From a bacterium (GTDB lineage Bacteria; Zixibacteria; MSB-5A5; WJJR01): a stretch of DNA of 64,000 nucleotides. The notes beneath the pieces were generated by a model that was not told where the DNA came from, ran no database searches, and saw nothing but the letters and a program-made list of their open reading frames with translations. Every line of letters begins with the position of its first letter. The first letter of the stretch is position 1. Below are positions 19,868-27,800 of this stretch, piece after piece. The position numbers were made by a program, and so were the translations under genes. The DNA lies in assembly GCA_021813505.1 (NCBI GenBank), contig JAKAKI010000038.1, positions 651 through 64,650 of the forward strand, read 5' to 3'.

Positions 19868-20548
19868 TTATGCTTTGGCTCTTGTCGCTGTGGCAACGAT
19901 ACCTTCGAAGAACACCGATACAATCATTTCCGTCTGCGCCCGAACCGTTTTGGCCGGGAGCGGCGGGACCATATTCATCACGTAGTAATCATGCACGATG
20001 CCGATGAACATCTTCGCCAAAATCATCGGATCAGAGCGGCGGATCAGGCGGCGGCGCATGGCCGATTTGAAGAGCTGTGCAAGCGGTTCCGCCACCATCT
20101 GGATTCGCGCGTGAATCTGGCCGATGGGGCAGGCAACGCCCTCCAGCTCCGGCCTAACCCACTCGCTCATCATCATCCGGCAAAAATCGAAATTGGCTTC
20201 GTAGTACGCAATCATCCGCTTGACATATTCTGTCAGCGCCTCGCGGATCGGCAGATCCATGACACTGACCTCACGCGCGATGGCGGTGACATCGTCCAGG
20301 AGGTCGGCGATAGCGGCGGAGAACAGGGTTTCTTTGCTTTCGAAGTAGTTGTAGACCGTACCCTTGCCAAATCCGGCGCGCTCGGCGATTTCTTCCAGGG
20401 TGGCATTGGCAAAGCCCTTCTCCGCAAAGACGGCACGGGCGGCGTGCACGATTTCGTGTCGCCGGGCGCTGCGTTCGCGCTCCTTGCGCGCCTTTGCTCC
20501 CGCGGAGCGGGGTCTCACATTGGCAGCGACGGCGGTTCGGGACGGCAT
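19868..20548 (-). CDS. TetR/AcrR family transcriptional repressor
   Basis: HTH IVHAARAVFAEKGFANATLEEIAERAGFGKGTVYNYF. First gene of the tetR-tolC-mfp-RND operon; ATG at 20546-20548 verified. Confidence 0.85.
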   Translation of the reverse strand: MPSRTAVAANVRPRSAGAKARKERERSARRHEIVHAARAVFAEKGFANATLEEIAERAGFGKGTVYNYFESKETLFSAAIADLLDDVTAIAREVSVMDLPIREALTEYVKRMIAYYEANFDFCRMMMSEWVRPELEGVACPIGQIHARIQMVAEPLAQLFKSAMRRRLIRRSDPMILAKMFIGIVHDYYVMNMVPPLPAKTVRAQTEMIVSVFFEGIVATATRAKA

Positions 20549-20599
20549 AGGACTCCGCGGTCAGAAAGTGACCGTTGGGTCAACTTAACGATTGGACGG

Positions 20600-20615
20600 T
20601 TTGCATAGTTGCAAA
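20600..20615. promoter_or_regulatory. candidate TetR operator palindrome TTTGCA-TAGT-TGCAAA
   Basis: Perfect 6-bp inverted repeat 52 bp upstream of tetR start, in the divergent promoter region with the + strand gene at 20721. Confidence 0.4.
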
Positions 20616-20720
20616 AAAGAATTGGAAGTTGTCACAAACTCGAAAGAGCCGTTTTGAGCTCACACGTGAGAATCAGGCGGTTGGGCTTGCGAATTCCACG
20701 GATCATGCTTTATTTAGTAT

Positions 20721-21761
20721 GTGAGCATTGGACGCGCGGAATTTCGTCATATTCTATTCAAAATCGCAGCCCTCGCTTTGGCAATGGTTTTGACGGTACC
20801 GGCCAGAGCCAGCCTGGTCAGTCCGTACGAACAGGCCTCGGACGCTCGGGAGACATTTGCCGGCGGTCAGGAATTCCTGGAACGCGTGGAGGCGCCCGGA
20901 GGCGATCAAGTCGCAGATTGGCCACAAACGACAGCGGCGGCGCTGGCCAGCGAATCGGATGAACCCGTATTGAACGCTCCGGGCGTCGGGACACCGCGCA
21001 AATCAGGACCGTTTCTGGTAGCTGGCGGCTCGAAGCTTGGCCCTCTCCCCGGTCGGGGCCGCTTTCTGCTTTGGACAGGATTCAGTGCGGCAGCCTGTGT
21101 GGAGGCATTCCGCCAGTCGCAGGCATCGTGGGGAGCCTCGAAGGGGAAGTTTCATCTCAAGGCCGATTTCAAAGAGGATGGCCTCGCGATGACGGATGAA
21201 GTCTCGCATTTGTTTGTCGCCTACCGGCTGAGCCGGGTCATCGAGGGTGGATATCGCTGGAGCGGAATGGAGGCACATCAGGCCCGTCTGTGGGGCTCGG
21301 CAGAGGCCTGGTTGCTGACGTTCCTGGTGGAATACCCGATTGATGCATACAATCCTCAGCAGGGTTTCGGCGTCTCCGATCTGATCTTCAACACGATCGG
21401 CACGGCGGCGGCATATGCCCATTCGGCGATGGCCAATCCGCGCTGGGACATCAAGGTTTCGGTCAAGCCCCGCTTCTTCAATGGTGATGGACGGATCGTC
21501 GCCTACAATAACCGTCAGTATGACGATTTCGTCTACTGGATCACGTACAGACCAATTCAGAACCGATACGTTCCGCTGCTTCTCGGCGCCGGGTACTCGA
21601 CGGCGCATGTCACCGCGCACGGTCCGGTCAAAGAGCTTCGGCTAGGCGTGGGCACGACGCTCGAAGAGCTCGGAGCGCTGATCGGTCCCAGGACGGAACG
21701 ATTCCTGCGGCCGCTGAACTTCTTCTTCTTCAATCTTGCGGCAACGATCTCGTGGCGGTGA
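20721..21761 (+). CDS. hypothetical secreted protein (signal peptide; DUF2279-like?)
   Basis: 346-aa ORF with N-terminal signal (ILFKIAALALAMVLTVPARA). No recognisable catalytic motif. Confidence 0.5.
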   Translation: MSIGRAEFRHILFKIAALALAMVLTVPARASLVSPYEQASDARETFAGGQEFLERVEAPGGDQVADWPQTTAAALASESDEPVLNAPGVGTPRKSGPFLVAGGSKLGPLPGRGRFLLWTGFSAAACVEAFRQSQASWGASKGKFHLKADFKEDGLAMTDEVSHLFVAYRLSRVIEGGYRWSGMEAHQARLWGSAEAWLLTFLVEYPIDAYNPQQGFGVSDLIFNTIGTAAAYAHSAMANPRWDIKVSVKPRFFNGDGRIVAYNNRQYDDFVYWITYRPIQNRYVPLLLGAGYSTAHVTAHGPVKELRLGVGTTLEELGALIGPRTERFLRPLNFFFFNLAATISWR

Positions 21762-21811
21762 CGGCTTGGCCGATTACCTCATGAGAATCATGGGAAGAAC
21801 GGGAGATATGA

Positions 21812-21841
21812 AGAGGCGGGAATCTTTCGGTTCCCGCCTCT
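21812..21841. terminator. bidirectional hairpin AGAGGCGGGAA-tctttcgg-TTCCCGCCTCT between convergent genes
   Basis: 10-bp perfect stem located between the stop of 20721..21761 (+) and the stop of the giant gene (21866, -). Confidence 0.55.
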
Positions 21842-21865
21842 GTGATTACTGCTTTGGCTTCCTGA

Positions 21866-24800
21866 CTATCGCTTCGGACATGGATCGCAGAGGGGCTTGC
21901 CCTGACTGAAGATGTAGGACGTTACGGCATCGACATCCTTGCGGTTCACGACTCCGTCACAGTTCACGTCGCAGCGCTGGATCGCCGGGCAGGCGCCGGT
22001 GTCATTCAGCTTCTCAGCCTCGAAAACTACAGTGCACAGAATCGCCAGGTCGCTCACCGATACCTGACCATCGGTATCGATGTCGCCCGGTGCCGGGCAC
22101 CGGCACGGATCCAACGCCATGGCGGTCATCGGCACGCTATTGGACAGTGCCGAGAGTGACCCGCCACTGCAGTTCGTTCCATCCATCCGGATGCGCACAG
22201 TCAGCGACCACTTCCACGTGTTTCCGCACACCGATTGGCACTGCACCGTCGCGCGCACGTCTTCGTTGACGGTCGGCGTGTAAACCCAATACCCGCCTAT
22301 CAGCGTTCCCAAACCTCCAGAGACATAGCAGTCGACCAGCCCAATGGCGTTTGCATATAGAGGTATCATGATCGGGATCGACGGACAGGCATGTACGGTC
22401 GTGTCAAGGACCGGCTTGCAGACCGGCTTCAGGTTATCCCGTACAAAGGAGACTGTAAACGTCCCCTCGCAGAACGCCCCGCACGAATCGGTGCAACGGA
22501 TCGTCACGGTCACCGTGTCCGGGCCGTACGGCGTGTAGTTCCAGTTGCCACGCGACGAAATCTTACCCGGTCCCGACACGATCGTGCACGACTTGAAGTT
22601 GCCGTTCGCGTCAGTCGCACTCACCGGCAGACTGATCGTTGTCGGAATGCACTGCATGATGGTTGTGTCACGAGGCAGGTTGCATATCGGCGCGATATTG
22701 CCCTCGCACGGCGGAATCAACGACCGGTAGAGGATTGTCACACGGAACTGCGAACTGCAACTGTCGCACGCATCACGGCAACGGATTTCGACCAATACTG
22801 AGGTGTCCTTCGGCGCCGACCATGTGAAGCACCACTGGCCACCGGATAACGTTCCCGCACCGCTGATCTTGGTGCAGGTTACCGCGTCTCCGTCCACATC
22901 TGTACCACTCACCGGCAGACAGATCGTCACCGGTACAGTGGTCGTTGTGATTGAGGTGTCATGCGGCACGACGCAGACCGGCGGGTTGTTCGGCGTCTTC
23001 GTGACCAGCGCCACGTCCGTAGCCATACAGCCGTTTGCCGGATTGGTGACTGTCAACGTGTACGTCCCCGCTGCGTCCACGATCGGCGTGGCTGTCGTCG
23101 GACCCGACACGATGTGACCGCCGTTCGTCGCCGCCCAGCTGAAGGTGGCGCCCGGCGTGCTCGACGCACCCGACAGCGCAATCTGCGTCACCGTGCAGGT
23201 CAGAGCCTTGTCCGGTCCCGCATCCGCGTTCGGCAGTGTGTTGTCAAGGGTCACGGTAGCCGCGTCGCTGGCCTTACAACCGGTCGCCGTCACGGTCACC
23301 GTCAGAGTGTAGGTTCCCGGCTGGTCCACCAACGGCGTCGCCGTTGTGCCACCTGAAACGATGTGTCCACCAGCGGAGGCAACCCACGAGAAGGTCACGC
23401 CCGGAGTGCTGGACGAACCACTCAAGTTGATCTGTGTGACCGAGCAATTGAGCACCTTGTCGACACCGGCGCTCACGTTCGGAGTTGTCGCGTTTCGCGT
23501 CACCAGTGCCACGTCGGTCGCAGTACAGCCGTTGGTTGGATTGGTCACGGTCAGCGTGTACGTCCCCGGCTGATCCACCAGCGGGGTCGCCGTGTTTGCT
23601 CCCGAGACGATATGGCCACCCGCCGAAGCCACCCACGAGAACGTCGCTCCCGGAGTGCTCGACGAACCACTCAGGTTGATCTGCGTCACCGAGCAGGTCA
23701 GCACCTTGTCGGCGCCCGCGTCCGCATTCGGCGCCGTGTTGTTGCGGGTCACCGAGGCGACATCGGTCGCGGTACAGCCATTGGCCGGATTCGTGACCGT
23801 CAGCGTGTACGTGCCCGGCTGGTCGATCAGCGGTGTCGCCGTCGAACCACCCGAGACGATGTGACCGCCCGCCGACGCCACCCAGGAGAATGTCGCTCCG
23901 GGCGTCGAGGACGATCCGGAGAGATTCAACTGGGTTGCGGTGCAGGTCAGAATCTTGTCGGCACCGGCATTCGCGTTCGGCGCCGTGTTATTCAAGGTGA
24001 CCAATGCCACGTCGGTCGCTTTGCAACCGTTCGTGGGATTCGTCACGGTCAGAGTGTATGTCCCCGCCGCATCCACCGTCGGTGTGGCCGTTGTGCCGCC
24101 CGAGACGATGTGGCCACCTGCGGTTGCCACCCAGGTGAAGGTGACCCCGGGTGTCGAGGAGGATCCCGAGAGATTCAATTGCGTCACGGTGCAGGTCAGC
24201 ACCTTGTCGGTACCGGCGTTCGCGTTGGGCACCGCGTTGCTCTGCACGATCGTCGCCGCACACGAATCCTTGCAGCCATTCGGCAGGAAGGTCACGACGA
24301 CCCACTTTTGACCCGGTGTGTCATAGCGTGCGCACGATGTACCCTGTCCGGACAGAGGCGCCGGACGCCAGAGATACCTCACTATCGGGGTGGTCGATTT
24401 TCCGGCATCGAACCACTGCACGCAGGCACTTGCTTGCAGGCTGTCGCAGGTCAGCGTGTCGCCAAAACACTGGAGTCCCGGTTTGAAGATATCCTGCGAG
24501 ATCGTCGCCTCGCATGAATCCTTGCAGCCCGTCGCCAGAATCGTCACGACGACTTTCTTTTGACCCGGAGTGTCGTAACGGGCCCAAGGTGTGCCCTGTC
24601 CTGAAACCGGTGCCGGGCTCCAGAAATAGCTCAATCCATTCAGAGCTTTCCCGGCAGGCAGTGAGACCGAAGCCGTTGCCAGGACACTGTCGCAAGTCAG
24701 CACATCACCGGTGCAGCGAAGCTCAGGCTTGACGGTATTCTGTGTAATCTCCGTCGAACACGAGTCGGTGCAACCGTTCGCCAGATCCGTCACGACGGCC

Positions 24801-27800
24801 CACTTCGTCCCAGGGGCATTGTATCGTGCCCACGGTGTCCCCTGTCCGCTCACTGGAGATGGCTTCCACACGATGTTGTGCGTCCCGTTCATCTTCAGGC
24901 CCGGTGTTGTCAATGTGACGCTTGCGGTCGCCAGCAGGCTGTCACAGGTCAGTTCATCTCCGGAGCAGCGCAGCGACGGCTTCTCAATGTTCTGCGTGAT
25001 CACGGCCGAACACGAATCCTTACAACCGGTCGCCAGCACTGTTACGACCACCCACTTCGTCCCGGGTGAATCGTAACGCGCACTGGGAGTGCCCTGGCCA
25101 CTGATCGGCGCGGGGCTCCAGAGGTAGGAGTACGGCGACGGATTCGGATCCTTCCCTCGTCCCGGGAAAGTGACCGTTGCCGATCCCAGCAGGCTGTCGC
25201 AGGTCAGTTCATCGCCGGAGCAACTCAAGAGCGGCTTGTCGATGCTTTGCGTGATCGTCGCTTCGCAGGAGTCTTTGCAGCCCGTCGGCAGGTACGTCAC
25301 GACGACCTTCTTCTGGCCGGGCGTGTCGTACCGCGCGTTCATTGTTCCCTGTCCCGATATCGGCGCTGGCGTCCACAGGAAGGTGTATGGTTGGATCGCC
25401 TGAGAACCGGCGGTCGGGAAGATCACTGACGCTGTCGCCAGGAGGCTATCGCACGTCAGTTCGTCACCCGAGCAGGTGAACTCAGGTTTGAACTTGTTTT
25501 CCACCACGTCCACCGTGCACGTGTCCTTACAACCCGTCGCGAGAATCGTGACCACGACATGCTTGATTCCCGGCGTGTCGTAGACGGCCTGAGTCGTCCC
25601 TTGGCCCGACAAGGGCGAGGGATCCCAGAAGTAGCTGACGCCGACACTCGGGCCGGAGTTCACCCACGCGGTCGCCTGCAAATGCGCACACGTGATCGTG
25701 TCGGCTCCGCAACTGATTTCCGGACGGCGGATGTTTTGCGTGATTGTCGCTTGGCACGAGTCTTTGCAACCGGTCGCGGTGTACATCACGACCACTTTCT
25801 TCGGACCCGGTGTGTCGTAACGCGCCCACTGCGTTCCCTGGCCGCTGACCGGTTCCGGAGTCCACAAATAGGTCACGCCATTGGACGTCTTGCCCAGGTT
25901 GAACGACACCGACGCGGTCGCCAGCAGGCTGTCGCACGTCAGCTCATCGCCGTGACAACTGATCGACGGCTTGATGATGTTCTGTGTGATCACGGACGAG
26001 CAGGAGTCTTTGCAGCCCGTCGGCATGTAGGTCACGACTACCCACTTGGTGCCCGGTGTGTCGTAACGCGCTTCGGGTGTCCCCTGGCCACTGTTCGGAG
26101 ACGGACTCCAGAGGTAGCTCCACACCGGCCCCATCGCCTTTTGCGCCGATGGGAGTGTCACCGTCGCGGATGCGAGCAGACTGTCGCAGGTCAGCTCATC
26201 GCCATTGCAGGTCAAGATCGGTTTGACGATGTCCTGCGTGATCTCCGCCGAACAGGAGTCTTTGCAGCCCGACGGCGTGTAGGTTACTACGACCCACTTG
26301 GTTCCCGGCGTGTTGTAACGCGCATCCGGGGTTCCCTGGCCGGACAACGGCTCAGGGGTCCAGTGGAAGGTGAACGGGAACGGAATCTTTGACCCGGCCG
26401 TCCCCAACTGCACGGAGGCAGTCGCTTCCAGACTGTCGCAGGTCAGTTGGTCGCCCGAACAGGAGAGGACGGGCTTGTATATGTTTTGCTGGACGTCGAC
26501 GGTGCAGGAATCCTTGCAACCAGTCGCCAGAATCGTCACAATGACTTTCTTCGGACCCGGCGTGTCGTAGACGGCCTGAGTCGTCCCCTGGCCCGACAAG
26601 GGCGAGGGATCCCAGAAGTAGCTGACGCCGACATTGGGACTCGAGTTCGCCCACGCGGTCGCCTGCGGATGCGCACACGTGATCGTGTCGGCCCCGCAAC
26701 TGATTTCCGGACGCCGGATGTTCTGCGTGATCGTCGCGTCGCACGAGTCCTTGCAACCGGTGGCGGTGTACGTTACGACGACCTTCTTCGAACCCGGTGT
26801 GTCGTAACGCGCCCACTGCGTTCCCTGGCCGCTGACCGGTTCCGGAGTCCACAGATACGTCACGCCGTTTAAGGTCTTGCTTGGATCAAACGACACCGAT
26901 GCGGTCGCCAGCAGGCTGTCGCACGTCAGCTCATCGCCGTGACAACTGATCGACGGCTTGATGATGTTCTGCGTGATCACGGACGAGCAGGAGTCTTTGC
27001 AGCCCGTCGGCATGTAGGTCACGACTACCCACTTGGTGCCCGGTGTGTCGTAACGCGCTTCGGGTGTCCCCTGGCCACTGTTCGGAGACGGACTCCAGAG
27101 GTAGCTCCACACCGGCCCCATCGCCTTTTGCGCCGATGGGAGTGTCACCGTCGCGGATGCGAGCAGACTGTCGCAGGTCAGCTCATCGCCATTGCAGGTC
27201 AAGATCGGTTTGACGATGTCCTGCGTGATCTCCGCCGAACAGGAGTCTTTGCAGCCCGACGGCGTGTAGGTTACTACGACCCACTTGGTTCCCGGCGTGT
27301 TGTAACGCGCATCCGGGGTTCCCTGGCCGGACAACGGCTCAGGGGTCCAGTGGAAGGTGAACGGGAACGGAATCTTTGACCCGGCCGTCCCCAACTGCAC
27401 GGAGGCAGTCGCTTCCAGACTGTCGCAGGTCAGTTGGTCGCCCGAACAGGAGAGGACGGGCTTGTATATGTTTTGCTGGACGTCGACGGTGCAGGAATCC
27501 TTGCAACCAGTCGCCAGAATCGTCACAATGACTTTCTTCGGACCCGGCGTGTCGTAGACGGCCTGAGTCGTCCCCTGGCCCGACAAGGGCGAGGGATCCC
27601 AGAAGTAGCTGACGCCGACATTGGGACTCGAGTTCGCCCACGCGGTCGCCTGCGGATGCGCACACGTGATCGTGTCGGCCCCGCAACTGATTTCCGGACG
27701 CCGGATGTTCTGCGTGATCGTCGCGTCGCACGAGTCCTTGCAACCGGTGGCGGTGTACGTTACGACGACCTTCTTCGAACCCGGTGTGTCGTAACGCGCC

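Noticed and set aside
22961-24517. Long + strand ORFs (e.g. 23363..24517, 384 aa; 31743..32777, 344 aa; 35232..35960; 36246..37073) antisense to the giant genes
   Set aside because: Arg/Gly/His-rich low-complexity translations typical of antisense frames of high-GC coding DNA. They are entirely contained in the well-supported minus-strand giant ORFs, and the same artefact ORFs repeat with the repeat units.
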